From Minisyncoccota bacterium (lineage in GTDB: Bacteria > Patescibacteriota > Minisyncoccia > Phycocordibacterales > UBA9973), in assembly GCA_031413715.1 (NCBI GenBank), contig JANOFO010000011.1, positions 18,903 through 82,902 on the forward strand: a stretch of DNA of 64,000 bases, read 5' to 3'. Below, piece by piece: positions 37,433 through 47,267 of this stretch (its first letter is position 1; every line of letters starts with the position of its first letter). The position numbers and the translations under genes were made by a program. Below the pieces are notes generated by a model, which was given only the letters and a program-made list of their open reading frames with translations, had not been told where the DNA came from and did not search any database.

Positions 37433-37490
37433 AAAAATAAACTTCCGCAAAAATACTCACCTATAGTAGCATACTTTTACTTAAAAACAA

Positions 37491-37895
37491 TTATAAAATC
37501 ACATTTTCTATAGTTCTGACTCGTGCTGTTTTATTCTTAATATCCAAATAAACGAGGATAACATCGAACTGCCAAGAGGTGTTCCCTATTCTTTTATGTA
37601 TCAAATATGTCTGGATTGTCCTTGAGAGACGTTTCATCTTCCAGGGATGCATGTTCTCTTCTGGTCTTTTGATAAATGGGTTTTCATCTTTAAAATCAGG
37701 AAGTGCAACACAAGAAACAGATTTGACCTCTACGAAGTACAACTTCCCTTCTTTTTCTGCAATTATATCTATTTCACCCCATTTTTTCGTGTAATTTCTC
37801 TCTAATATGGTGAAATTATGTTTCATGAGAAACTTACAGGCTATATCTTCGCCTAACTGTCCTACTTTTTGAGAATTTGAAGTAAAATTCTTCAT
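37491..37895 (-). CDS. yraN: YraN family protein
   Basis: GQLGEDIA..ERNY..GEIDII..FVEVK..QFDV. Confidence 0.92.
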   Translation of the reverse strand: MKNFTSNSQKVGQLGEDIACKFLMKHNFTILERNYTKKWGEIDIIAEKEGKLYFVEVKSVSCVALPDFKDENPFIKRPEENMHPWKMKRLSRTIQTYLIHKRIGNTSWQFDVILVYLDIKNKTARVRTIENVIL

Positions 37896-37898
37896 AAG

Positions 37899-37914
37899 TG
37901 TTTCACGTGAAACA
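37899..37914. promoter_or_regulatory. parS site
   Basis: Exact consensus TGTTTCACGTGAAACA. Confidence 0.85.
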
Positions 37915-38043
37915 GTTAATTATTTATCGGACATATATTTGAATAGTAAATTCTGTCCTTCAAAAATTACCATTATATTGTAAGTCTATTTTTAATAAAA
38001 ATCAATATGCCTGTATTTTGTAGCTTTAGTAAAGAAGTGTCTT

Positions 38044-38073
38044 TTATCAACAATGCACACATAGTTATCCACA
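38044..38073 (+). promoter_or_regulatory. DnaA box-like sites
   Basis: TTATCAACA (38044) and TTATCCACA (38065). Confidence 0.45.
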
Positions 38074-38156
38074 AAAATCTTAATTTAAAAGGTTTTTAGT
38101 AGGGGATAAAAGACGAATAACGGTCACATTGAGATTGAGTATCAGAGACAAAATTG

Positions 38157-38227
38157 TGCGGCGTAGGAGAATCGAACTCCTGTCTCATCCTTGGCAAGGA
38201 CGTGTTCTACCACTAAACCAACACCGC
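38157..38227 (-). tRNA. tRNA-Gly(GCC)
   Basis: GCGGTGT acceptor stem, loop TT-GCC-AA, GTTCGATT. Confidence 0.95.
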
Positions 38228-38327
38228 ATTAAAACATGCCAATTATAATATTTTTATTTAAATAAAGCAATTATTTCTTCGGAATTTAGTTGTTTTTCGA
38301 AGAATTTTGTGGTAAGATAGTTTTGCA

Positions 38328-38771
38328 GTGAAAAAGTGCACTAGATGTAAAAAAGAAAAGCCTGTAGAGGAATTCAATTTTAAAATCAAGAAAACAGGAT
38401 TACGGCAATTACAATGCCGAGAATGTACTCGCTTATTAATTAAAAACCATTATAATACAAACAAGCAGTATTATTTATTAAAAGCAAGAAAGCGTAATAA
38501 AATTTTGCGCGATGAAATTAACCTTTATATATATGAGTATTTATCAAGAAATCCTTGTGTAGATTGCGGGGAATCAGATGTTGTCGTTCTAGAGTTTGAT
38601 CACATGGGAATAGTCCCAAAATTAAATACAGTCTCCTTCTTAGCAAGAGTACATCGTCCGATAAATGAGATACAAGCAGAAATGGATAAATGCGAAGTTA
38701 GATGTGCTAACTGTCATAAAAGAAAAACCGCAAGAGATTTTAAATGGTTTAAAAATAATATGCGCCCGTAG
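38328..38771 (+). CDS. Zinc-finger HNH-type endonuclease-like protein
   Basis: CTRC..CREC..CVDCGE..LEFDH..KCEVRCANCH; GTG start; stop codon inside tRNA-Arg. Confidence 0.75.
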   Translation: MKKCTRCKKEKPVEEFNFKIKKTGLRQLQCRECTRLLIKNHYNTNKQYYLLKARKRNKILRDEINLYIYEYLSRNPCVDCGESDVVVLEFDHMGIVPKLNTVSFLARVHRPINEIQAEMDKCEVRCANCHKRKTARDFKWFKNNMRP

Positions 38772-38834
38772 CTCAACGGATAGAGCATTTGTCTTCGGAA
38801 CAAAAGGTTGGGGGTTCGATTCCCTCCGGGCGCA
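38762..38834 (+). tRNA. tRNA-Arg(TCG)
   Basis: GCGCCCG acceptor stem, TTTGT-CTTCGGA-ACAAA anticodon arm, GTTCGATT. Confidence 0.95.
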
Positions 38835-38846
38835 CCCAAGTTTCCT

Positions 38847-40418
38847 ATGAAACTATCTATAGACAACAATCTAATACCCTCATATGTTACACATGTAACA
38901 GAAACGCTTGAAAAGGGCGGTTTTGAGGCTTTTCTTGTAGGTGGTTGTGTTCGCGATCTTATTATGAGTAAAGTACCAAAGGATTGGGATATAACTACTA
39001 ACGCCACTCCAAATCAGATAATAGCCTTATTTGAAAAGACAGTGTATGAAAATACTTATGGAACAGTAGGGGTAGTAGTGGACGTTCCACCCGCCGACGG
39101 AGTACCTGTGTCGGACAGGCATGAAACAGAAGAAACTGTTATTCGTGAAACGTTTCTAGGGGCTAGTAGTAAAGAGTTTAAAGCTATTGTTGAAGTTACT
39201 CCATATAGAATTGAGGCAAAATATAGCGATTTTAGACACCCCGACGAAGTCAGGTTTAGTGATAGCATCGAGGACGACCTTAAAAGACGTGATTTTACTA
39301 TGAATGCCTTGGCATACAACCCCTCTAAAACGTCCATTATTGACCTCTATAAAGGACAAACAGACATAAAGGACAAAGTGGTCAGAGCAGTGGGCAACGC
39401 CTCAGATAGATTCAATGAGGATGCATTGCGTATGCTTCGAGCAGTCAGATTTGCAACACAACTTGGCTTTGCGATTGAGTACGATACCATGCAAGCAATT
39501 GTTGATAATTCTGAACTTCTAAAGAATATTTCAGGAGAAAGAATCCGAGATGAATTCGTAAAAATTATTGAATCTAAAAACCCAGCAATGGGAATTGGTA
39601 TGCTTTCAAAACTTGGATTATTGAAATACATAATTCCGGAGCTTGAAGAAGGAATTGGTAATGAGCAAGGCGGGGCACATATATACGATGTTTTCGAGCA
39701 CTGTCTCCAGGCACTTGATCATTCTGCCAACAAAGGATTCTCAACAGAAATCCGTCTGTCAGCGCTCTTTCATGATATCGGCAAACCCCGCACCAAAAGG
39801 CTGCCGCCTTTGGTACGGGGCAAGCCTCTTAAACCAACATTTTATGGCCATGAAGTCGTGGGAGCAAGGATGGCAGGCAAAATAATGGAGCGACTGAAGT
39901 TCTCAAAGAAAACTACGGATCTAGTCGTTTCTCTTGTTCGCAACCACATGTTTTTCTCTGATACGGAACAAATCACGCTATCTGCAGTTCGACGCATTGT
40001 ACAGAAAGTAAGAAAGGAGCATATCTGGGAACTTATGCAGATACGCGAATGCGATCGCGTCGGCATGAAGAAAAAAGAAGCGCCATATCGTCTGCGTAAA
40101 TATCATGCCATGATCGAAGAAGTACTCCGCGATCCGATCTCCGTCGGCCAGCTCGCAATCGACGGGGAAGTGATGATCAAAGAACTCGAAATGAAACCAT
40201 CTCGCCGGATGGGATGGATCTTGCATGCGCTTTTAGAAGTTGTACTCGATGATCCGAAAAAAAATACAGTAGGATATCTAAAAGAAAAAGCGCTTGAGCT
40301 CGATAAACTTACTGAGAAAGAATTAGAAAAACTTGGTGAGGCTGGAAAAGAGAAGAAGGAAGAACTTGAAGAGGAAGAAGTGGCAAAAGTCCATGCCAAG
40401 CATGGGGTAAAAAAATAA
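38847..40418 (+). CDS. cca: CCA tRNA nucleotidyltransferase with HD domain
   Basis: LVGGCVRD..DWDITT..DLKRRDFTMNA..EDALRMLRAVRF..HDIGKP; the tRNAs in this window lack encoded CCA. Confidence 0.92.
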   Translation: MKLSIDNNLIPSYVTHVTETLEKGGFEAFLVGGCVRDLIMSKVPKDWDITTNATPNQIIALFEKTVYENTYGTVGVVVDVPPADGVPVSDRHETEETVIRETFLGASSKEFKAIVEVTPYRIEAKYSDFRHPDEVRFSDSIEDDLKRRDFTMNALAYNPSKTSIIDLYKGQTDIKDKVVRAVGNASDRFNEDALRMLRAVRFATQLGFAIEYDTMQAIVDNSELLKNISGERIRDEFVKIIESKNPAMGIGMLSKLGLLKYIIPELEEGIGNEQGGAHIYDVFEHCLQALDHSANKGFSTEIRLSALFHDIGKPRTKRLPPLVRGKPLKPTFYGHEVVGARMAGKIMERLKFSKKTTDLVVSLVRNHMFFSDTEQITLSAVRRIVQKVRKEHIWELMQIRECDRVGMKKKEAPYRLRKYHAMIEEVLRDPISVGQLAIDGEVMIKELEMKPSRRMGWILHALLEVVLDDPKKNTVGYLKEKALELDKLTEKELEKLGEAGKEKKEELEEEEVAKVHAKHGVKK

Positions 40419-40457
40419 CCCGCGCGTTGTACACGGGTTATTTTAGTAAAGAAAAGT

Positions 40458-40616
40458 CTACTCTTCTTCAGACTGATCAGCGTGGATAGATTCATCCCCC
40501 AACTTCTCTCCTGTCTTTTCTGCTACAACTTTTTCGTTGTTGCGAATTTCAGAATCATCTAATGGAAGTAATAAAACTTTTTCCTTCTTTGGCTTTTTTT
40601 TCTTGTTTCTGGGCAT
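40458..40616 (-). CDS. Small hypothetical protein (52 aa)
   Basis: MPRNKKKKPKKEKVLLLPLDD..EEE; open frame ending near a terminator. Confidence 0.35.
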   Translation of the reverse strand: MPRNKKKKPKKEKVLLLPLDDSEIRNNEKVVAEKTGEKLGDESIHADQSEEE

Positions 40617-40697
40617 GGGCAGTAAATTTAAATGAAAAATATATTGAGAAAGAATTTCCTAATAAAAGGATCTGTCAAAGACTTAGATATATTTTGA

Positions 40698-40820
40698 CTA
40701 ATCCTTCTTTTTTTCTTTTTGGAGCTTACATAAATACATGAAGATTGAACCTGCAATAATAAAGCAGATAACAGCTCCGATAGGTTTCCAGTCCATTTCA
40801 ATAAGATTTGAATCGATCAT
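40698..40820 (-). CDS. Small single-TM protein (40 aa)
   Basis: MIDSNLIEMDWKPIGAVICFIIAGSIFMYLCKLQKEKKKD. Confidence 0.4.
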   Translation of the reverse strand: MIDSNLIEMDWKPIGAVICFIIAGSIFMYLCKLQKEKKKD

Positions 40821-40876
40821 ATCATATTTATTGTCTATGGTATACTGATAAATATTAAGAATAAGAATTTGAAATT

Positions 40877-41368
40877 ATGATCACAAAAGAACAATACATA
40901 GAAGCGCTCGTGAATGAATTTCGCATTATAAAGCACTTGGCCGAAAAAGTGAAGCCAGAGCAACTCTCGCATAAGCCGACGGAGAAGCAGCGGACAACCA
41001 ACGAACTGCTTCATTATTTGACTCATATATTTAGCGCTGGAGTCGATGGGGTAGTAAGCGGGGACGCGGATGCATGGAAAAAGCATTTCGGGAGTCCAGC
41101 ACCAACGCTCGAAAATTTCGCGGAGCTCATAGACAAAGAAGAAAAAGAAATAAGAGACATGCTTGCACCACTTACAGAAGATGATCTTGCAAAGGAAATC
41201 GCCATGTGGGGTATGACTCAGAGCCGGGCACTTCACCTCCTTGGACTCCTCAAGATTGCATCAGCATACAAAATGCAGTTATTCCTTTATATGAAACAAT
41301 CGGGTACCGAGAATATCGGCACGATGAATCTCTGGGCTGGTATGGATCAACCACCAAAAGCAAATTAA
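40877..41368 (+). CDS. DinB/YfiT-like four-helix protein
   Basis: LSHKPTEKQRTTNELLHYL..AYKMQLFLYMK. Confidence 0.7.
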   Translation: MITKEQYIEALVNEFRIIKHLAEKVKPEQLSHKPTEKQRTTNELLHYLTHIFSAGVDGVVSGDADAWKKHFGSPAPTLENFAELIDKEEKEIRDMLAPLTEDDLAKEIAMWGMTQSRALHLLGLLKIASAYKMQLFLYMKQSGTENIGTMNLWAGMDQPPKAN

Positions 41369-41409
41369 ATTAAAATCCCTCCGACCTAGGTCGGAGGGAT
41401 TTTAATTTA
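41366..41409. terminator. Perfect 44-bp palindrome, bidirectional terminator
   Basis: TAAATTAAAATCCCTCCGACCT followed by its exact reverse complement. Confidence 0.7.
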
Positions 41410-43104
41410 TACAAATTCCTGTTGGTAGCATTTTTCGCAGTAGACAGTCTCGGGTCGATCAGGAGCAAACGCTGTTGTGATATCGGCATTGCACTTTGCG
41501 CAGTTTCTTTTCCAGAGGTGTGGGGGATTGAGTCTATCGAAACGAGCCTTCTGTCTGCACTGTGGACAAAAATGGGGAATGGGTAAAGAAAGCTTAATCA
41601 AGAGATTCAATTCATCAGGAATTATTTTGTAAGCTCGTGAACAATGTGAACACGAGATCACTTCATTAGTGATAGAGGAGGTTGTGTTCTCTATGATATC
41701 AGGAAGAGAGGATGCATCTATAGTGGTTGTGGTTGTAGGATTTTCTGTCTCACTCCATCTATATCCTTGCGCCAATATATCTTCTTTGGCTTTCGGAAAG
41801 AACCTCATAGCATTAGATTTATTATATGGAAATTTACTTATCTCAGGTGGGAAGAACTCTCCGTAAGGAAAATTTCGTCCTTGTGCATCTATATATGTAT
41901 TCTTCTTCATATCCTCGATAATCTGAGCTTTTAGTTTCTCAAATTCCTCTTTAAAATATTCTTTATTTAAAATACAATATGATTTTCTTTTTAAATTAAC
42001 ACAGCCAAAATTATTTTTCCCAGAAATATTCCAGATGCAGTACTGCAGATTAAATACATCTGGCCAACATTCCAAAGAAAAGTAAACAGAGTCAGTATTT
42101 TCACCAACAGTCACACTTTCATATATACTAGTTGCATTATTGCCCCAACCCGAATAATCTACGCAGTCTTTTGCAGGCTTCACCGTGATAAACTCACATC
42201 TTCTACAATCTTCCGCGCCACTGCAAATATACATATTTTCTGAATTTTTGGACTCGTATGTGTATTCTCCTGTGACATTTAAATTCAAGGAGTTGCCGCT
42301 ATACTCTCGATTTGGTTTTGTGAGCCAAAACGCCCTTGAAGTCTTTTTTAATTCTTGCAATTTTTCCCAAGAATCAAGACCCAATTCCTTGAGCTTTTCT
42401 GCGTATTCTTCTTTAGAATATTTCACATTGAAGATAGAATAAGATTCTCCGCGTAGATTTACACATCCGACACAATTAGTGCAGTTGTAGCAATTACGTG
42501 AGAACCATACATCGACACAAGTATCACATTCCTCGGAGAAGAAAGTCTGGTAGCATTTATTAATTCCGATTGATTCATAGCAGAGTTCGCAATCCAGTGC
42601 GCGCAAACAATCAGCACTATATTTTACAGTATTTAAAAGTGAAGAATAATAAACATTGTCACAAAAATCAGCCCAAAATATCAAGTAACAATCTTTAGAC
42701 CATGCGAGGGCATTGGCGTAATTACAATTTTTATTACTTATATAAAGACTCGTCAGAGCAGAGTAGGGAGTCTTGTTGGTAAGTTCTTTTACCTGTTCTA
42801 GGAATGGACGTGTTGGGTCATAGTCCATGCCGTATTCAGTGCCATCCCAATCATCTTTCCACCAACATGGTTGGCAGTAGATGCTCATTTTTTCTTCTGG
42901 TGAATACACAGAGAGGGTTTTATCGCCGCATTTATCACAATTGCGCCAACTTAAATTCCAGGTATTTTGAAATGCGAAGCGTCTGACAAGTCGGCACTCC
43001 GGACACCATGTCGGGTAGGGAACATTGATCTTCTTATAGTAAAGCTGATCGCGTTCATCAATACCGAAATCTTTTTTACAATTCTGACAGCTTCTTGTTT
43101 CCAT
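41407..43104 (-). CDS. Cys-rich multi-zinc-ribbon protein (CPR-type family)
   Basis: CQNC..WCPECR..RNCDKC..YCQPCW..central Cys/Asn repeats..CPQCR..VYCEKCY. Confidence 0.8.
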   Translation of the reverse strand: METRSCQNCKKDFGIDERDQLYYKKINVPYPTWCPECRLVRRFAFQNTWNLSWRNCDKCGDKTLSVYSPEEKMSIYCQPCWWKDDWDGTEYGMDYDPTRPFLEQVKELTNKTPYSALTSLYISNKNCNYANALAWSKDCYLIFWADFCDNVYYSSLLNTVKYSADCLRALDCELCYESIGINKCYQTFFSEECDTCVDVWFSRNCYNCTNCVGCVNLRGESYSIFNVKYSKEEYAEKLKELGLDSWEKLQELKKTSRAFWLTKPNREYSGNSLNLNVTGEYTYESKNSENMYICSGAEDCRRCEFITVKPAKDCVDYSGWGNNATSIYESVTVGENTDSVYFSLECWPDVFNLQYCIWNISGKNNFGCVNLKRKSYCILNKEYFKEEFEKLKAQIIEDMKKNTYIDAQGRNFPYGEFFPPEISKFPYNKSNAMRFFPKAKEDILAQGYRWSETENPTTTTTIDASSLPDIIENTTSSITNEVISCSHCSRAYKIIPDELNLLIKLSLPIPHFCPQCRQKARFDRLNPPHLWKRNCAKCNADITTAFAPDRPETVYCEKCYQQEFV

Positions 43105-43107
43105 ATA

Positions 43108-43704
43108 TTAATTCATCTTTACTTTAATTATTCCAGTATTATTTTCGCTCGATAAATATCCTGTCCACTTTTCTAATTCTGGTACCTCTATAGAAAGCGG
43201 TATCTCTGGTTTAGTAAAAACGACAATACTTTCAAAAGATTTTTGTAGTATCTCTGCCTTTGCTACACACATATCAATATTGCCCGAAAGGACAAGCTTG
43301 TTTAGATCAAGGCATACCTTAAACACATCCTGGCCAAATGCTTCGATATTCTTAACAAGAATCACTCTTTCATCTATATCTTCCAGCTCTTTAATCGCCT
43401 CGATAAATAAATTCTCATTGCCGCTATCGAGAATCAAGACCTCGCTATCCTTGTTATATTTTAAATCTTCGATTGTGCTAGCAAAAGTTATTTTAGAATG
43501 ATCAGGTCCAATCTGTTCGAGAAAGTTATCCTTGGCCATAGGAAATGCAGTAAAAAATAATATCTTGGAACCTGCTCGAAAAAGCTCTGCTATGAGGCTT
43601 ACAGTAAAATGAGAACCTCCAGACTTCTCTCCATAGATAACTAAGTATGGCAGATCTTGTTCGGTTATTTTATAAGCCCCATTATTGAGTATAATTTCAT
43701 TCAT
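43108..43704 (-). CDS. Hypothetical protein, possibly a degenerate RecA/KaiC-like fold
   Basis: LVIYGEKSGGSHFT..GSKILFFT resembles a decayed P-loop region. Confidence 0.5.
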   Translation of the reverse strand: MNEIILNNGAYKITEQDLPYLVIYGEKSGGSHFTVSLIAELFRAGSKILFFTAFPMAKDNFLEQIGPDHSKITFASTIEDLKYNKDSEVLILDSGNENLFIEAIKELEDIDERVILVKNIEAFGQDVFKVCLDLNKLVLSGNIDMCVAKAEILQKSFESIVVFTKPEIPLSIEVPELEKWTGYLSSENNTGIIKVKMN

Positions 43705-43757
43705 AAGTTTATCTTAACAAAAAACTAAAGAAAAGACTTGTAAATATCTATTAAATA

Positions 43758-44510
43758 TTAACCCAGTTCAAGCTCCTGTTCAACTTGGTTTACAAATTCG
43801 AAAAAAGATTTATCTTTTTTTAACTGGTGGCTCCGTGGTCTTGAAAAAGGGACATCAAATATCTTTTTTATTTGGGCGGGTCGCTTAGACAAAACAACAA
43901 TCTTATCAGATAGGAAAGCTGCTTCAGCAACATCATGAGTAACAAATAAAACGGTCATTTTCTCTTTCTCCCAAATTCGAGTCAAGAGCTCTTGCATTTG
44001 AGATCGAGTTTGTGAATCAAGAGAACCAAATGGTTCATCCATAAGTAGGATTTTGGGTGTATTGGCTAGAGCGCGCGCAATGGCTACTCTTTGCTGCATA
44101 CCTCCGGAAAGATTCTTTGGGTGCGCAGTGCTGAAGTCTTTCAATCCTGTCATTTCAAGATAATGATCAAGAAGTTCTTTTTTATTCGCTTCTGAAAAAT
44201 CTTCCTTTAGATTAAGGCCAAATAATATATTATCTTCTACTGAGAGCCAGGGGAAAAGAGAGAAGTTTTGAAACACCATGCCTTTTTCTTGACTAGCACC
44301 TATCGTTTCTTTTTCATCAATAAGAATCGACCCGCTATTTTTTTCGACAAGACCGGAAACAAGACGCAAGATTGTGCTCTTGCCACAGCCGCTCGGTCCG
44401 ACGATTGAAATAAACTCCGAATCTCCAATTACCAAATCAAGGTTCTCAACAGCAAGAATTTGTGATTTTAAATTCGTATATTGTTTTGTAAGATTTTTAA
44501 TTTTAAGCAT
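43758..44510 (-). CDS. NitT/TauT ABC transporter ATP-binding protein
   Basis: [28 protein letters not shown]. Confidence 0.95.
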   Translation of the reverse strand: MLKIKNLTKQYTNLKSQILAVENLDLVIGDSEFISIVGPSGCGKSTILRLVSGLVEKNSGSILIDEKETIGASQEKGMVFQNFSLFPWLSVEDNILFGLNLKEDFSEANKKELLDHYLEMTGLKDFSTAHPKNLSGGMQQRVAIARALANTPKILLMDEPFGSLDSQTRSQMQELLTRIWEKEKMTVLFVTHDVAEAAFLSDKIVVLSKRPAQIKKIFDVPFSRPRSHQLKKDKSFFEFVNQVEQELELG

Positions 44511-45279
44511 ACGATTTGTCTGTCCAAGGGAATAATATTCTTGAGCTAATCTTAAAAAGATAATCTGTTAGGATCCCAAGAAAACCGATAACGACGATTC
44601 CCGCGAAAATATTATCTACTCTTAAAAATCTTTGGGACTCGATCATGAGATGCCCCAGACCAGAGGATGAACCAACTATTTCTGCGATAATGACGAATGT
44701 CCAAGCAGCCCCGAACATGATCCGGAAGGAATTCCAAATTGCAGGCATGGAGTAGGGAAGAATGACTTTCCATACAATATCGCTTTTTGTAGCACCAAGT
44801 GTCAGAGCCGCTTCCACAAGCTCTTTTCGGGTAGAGTGGACCGTATCCGCAATGAGAAGGGTCAAATATGGCGCGACGGCTAGTAAAATCAGGGTAATCT
44901 TTCCCATCTCCCCAATTCCACACCAGATAATGATAAGTGGAATAAAAGCAGAAGGTGGAACATAGCGAACAAATCCAATGATCGGTTCAATTGCCGATTC
45001 AGATTTTCGTGATATACCAAAGAGCATGCCGAGCGGCAACGCAATGAAAACAGAGAGGGTAAAACCTATGACAATTCTAAAGAGACTTGCCCCTATATCT
45101 CCAAGTAAATTTCCTTGCGCGAACAACGTTACGATGGAAGTAAGGACAGAGGCCGGTGATGGTAGAAAAAATGACGGGACAATATTGAGGGAGTAGATAA
45201 TCTGCCAAACAATTACAAAAGCGAGTCCTCCGGCAAAGGATAAAAGTAGATATTTGAGTTTTTCTCGTTTTGTTTCCAT
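44503..45279 (-). CDS. NitT/TauT ABC transporter permease
   Basis: LPSP, EAALTLGA, AEIVG..GLG. Confidence 0.95.
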   Translation of the reverse strand: METKREKLKYLLLSFAGGLAFVIVWQIIYSLNIVPSFFLPSPASVLTSIVTLFAQGNLLGDIGASLFRIVIGFTLSVFIALPLGMLFGISRKSESAIEPIIGFVRYVPPSAFIPLIIIWCGIGEMGKITLILLAVAPYLTLLIADTVHSTRKELVEAALTLGATKSDIVWKVILPYSMPAIWNSFRIMFGAAWTFVIIAEIVGSSSGLGHLMIESQRFLRVDNIFAGIVVIGFLGILTDYLFKISSRILFPWTDKSYA

Positions 45280-45286
45280 ACATTAA

Positions 45287-46279
45287 CTACTTGTTTAAAG
45301 ATTTCAATAGTGAATCATCAATAATAGAATTCGCGGCAGTAGATTTTCTAATCAATCCAAGTCTCTGCCACAGTGCACCTGCCTGATCAATCACATGATA
45401 AATGGAAGTATCACCTTTAGAGAAATATTTCATATTATCCTCATACGTTGTCCATTTAAATGTTGTCATCTGATCGACAACATCTTGCTTATTTAAATTA
45501 AAACCTTTCGCTATTATTTCGTATGATTCGTCAGGATGTGAAACTACGTAATCCATAGCAGTAAATACTCCTCGCATAAACGCTTTTACATCTTCAGGGC
45601 GATTTTCTACAACCTCTGCTCTCCAAATAGGACCACCAGGTAGTATTGGTAAATTCTTTGAAGACACAAGAAGGTGGCCACCTTCTTGATCAGTTGATTT
45701 CGAGAGCCATGGTTCCCACGTAACAGCTGCATCGACTTTTCCGGCTACAAAAGAAGCTCCTGCGTCAGCTGCACTTTGATTAATCGTTTTTATCTCAGAA
45801 GCATCAATGTGGTTTTGATCAAGTAAATATGAAAGGAGTAGGTGAGAAGGTGAGCCGGTTTCATATGCTATTGTTTTGCCTTTCAAATCTTCGAGGGTAT
45901 TGATCCCTTTTTTGACAACGATTCCGTCCGCTCCATCAGAGACATCATTAAGAGAAACAATTTTTATTGGAACTCCCGCATCAGCTAAAATCTGGACAGT
46001 TTCAGGCGTCCAACTTGTTATTGCATCGACTTTCCCCGAGGCAAGAAGCTGTTTTGCAATAGTATTTTCATCAGTTTGCTCAAGTTCAACGATGACTCCT
46101 TCTTTTTCCCAGAAACCCTTTTCTTCCGCGATAAAATATATACCACTACCAATCCAGGTGTTAAAGCTAATGCGCAACGGTTCTTGAGTTATTCTTTCTT
46201 CCGGCCGATTAAATATAAAAATTCCTACTCCGAGAAGAACAATAATACTAACTATGATCAAAATATATTTATTATTCAT
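45287..46279 (-). CDS. NitT/TauT (SsuA/THI5-like) ABC substrate-binding protein
   Basis: N-terminal anchor; WIG..IAEEKG..SDGADGIV..DLKGK..DAAVTWEP. Confidence 0.92.
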   Translation of the reverse strand: MNNKYILIIVSIIVLLGVGIFIFNRPEERITQEPLRISFNTWIGSGIYFIAEEKGFWEKEGVIVELEQTDENTIAKQLLASGKVDAITSWTPETVQILADAGVPIKIVSLNDVSDGADGIVVKKGINTLEDLKGKTIAYETGSPSHLLLSYLLDQNHIDASEIKTINQSAADAGASFVAGKVDAAVTWEPWLSKSTDQEGGHLLVSSKNLPILPGGPIWRAEVVENRPEDVKAFMRGVFTAMDYVVSHPDESYEIIAKGFNLNKQDVVDQMTTFKWTTYEDNMKYFSKGDTSIYHVIDQAGALWQRLGLIRKSTAANSIIDDSLLKSLNK

Positions 46280-46477
46280 TTATTTTAGGCTGTTTTAAGT
46301 AATGCTCGACATTTTGCTATTTATATGAAGAACATTATGCACTGAATTTTATAAATAGTCAATAAATACTACATAAGAAATAGTAAAAATACTTATATTT
46401 TAAAGAGTTTTTTGCGTAATTAGAATATTTTCGTCAGAAATATTGACATTTATGAGAATTAAAGATAGCATAGGAGA

Positions 46478-47224
46478 GTGGATAATATAAAAACTCTTAT
46501 AAAACTCGGGCTCACTGGAAAACAAGCACAAGTATACTTGGCTTTGCTTGAGCTTGGTGAATCAACTATGACTCGGATTGCCAGAAAGGCGAACTTGAAG
46601 CGCCCAACAGTTTACTTGGTCATAGATGAATTAAATATGCTTGGCCTCATAAGTGAAGTAGTGAAGGGTAAGAAAAAGTTCTACTCTGCCGTACACCCGA
46701 AGCGACTCGTAGAGATTGCGAAGTTTCGTGCAGGTCAAGCGGAAAAAATATTGCCTGAACTTGTAGCAATTCAAAAAAGTGACATGAAACCAAAAATCAG
46801 AATGCTCGAGGGAGTATCAGGTGCACGGATTGCGTATCAAGAGGCATTTGCATCGCTCAACAACAAAGAGGAAGGCTTATGGCTCGGCAATATAACATTT
46901 ATGGTAGAAAATTTCCCTGAATTACTCCAAGAGTACAATGTCTTGATTAAGAAGATTCGAGATCCGCACATCCGCGAACTCATTTACGGAGGTGAAAAGA
47001 GCAGAGAGTGGGTTCAAAATATGCAAGATAAGATTCCAAAGAATCATTTCATAAAATATTTTGGCGAAGGAAAAGGTTTCGGTATAACTGATCAATTTAT
47101 AATAGGGAACCAAATTATTAATTTTTCTCTAGGGAAAGAAATCTTTGTTCTCATTATTGAAAGCAAAGAAATAGCTCAAAGCCAACGGGCGCTCTTTGAA
47201 ATACTCTGGGAGAAAACAAAATAA
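46478..47224 (+). CDS. TrmB family transcriptional regulator
   Basis: LGLTGKQAQVYLALLELG..IARKANLKRPTVY; divergent from the ABC operon. Confidence 0.9.
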   Translation: MDNIKTLIKLGLTGKQAQVYLALLELGESTMTRIARKANLKRPTVYLVIDELNMLGLISEVVKGKKKFYSAVHPKRLVEIAKFRAGQAEKILPELVAIQKSDMKPKIRMLEGVSGARIAYQEAFASLNNKEEGLWLGNITFMVENFPELLQEYNVLIKKIRDPHIRELIYGGEKSREWVQNMQDKIPKNHFIKYFGEGKGFGITDQFIIGNQIINFSLGKEIFVLIIESKEIAQSQRALFEILWEKTK

Positions 47225-47254
47225 AAACACACTCGAATTCGAGTGTGTTTTTAT
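47221..47254. terminator. Perfect 34-bp palindrome, bidirectional terminator
   Basis: ATAAAAACACACTCGAA-TTCGAGTGTGTTTTTAT. Confidence 0.7.
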
Positions 47255-47267
47255 AAAAGCCCACAAA

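Noticed and set aside
37194-37460. 88-aa and 74-aa ORFs over the tRNA region
   Set aside because: They overlap tRNA-Pro, tRNA-Gly and the structured spacer
38808-38846. Extended cca N-terminus from the ORF track (also extended starts for tuf, rpsQ, clpP, HU, pnp, the dksA-like gene and the recombinase)
   Set aside because: The extensions overlap a tRNA, promoter or leader; downstream ATGs match the family N-termini
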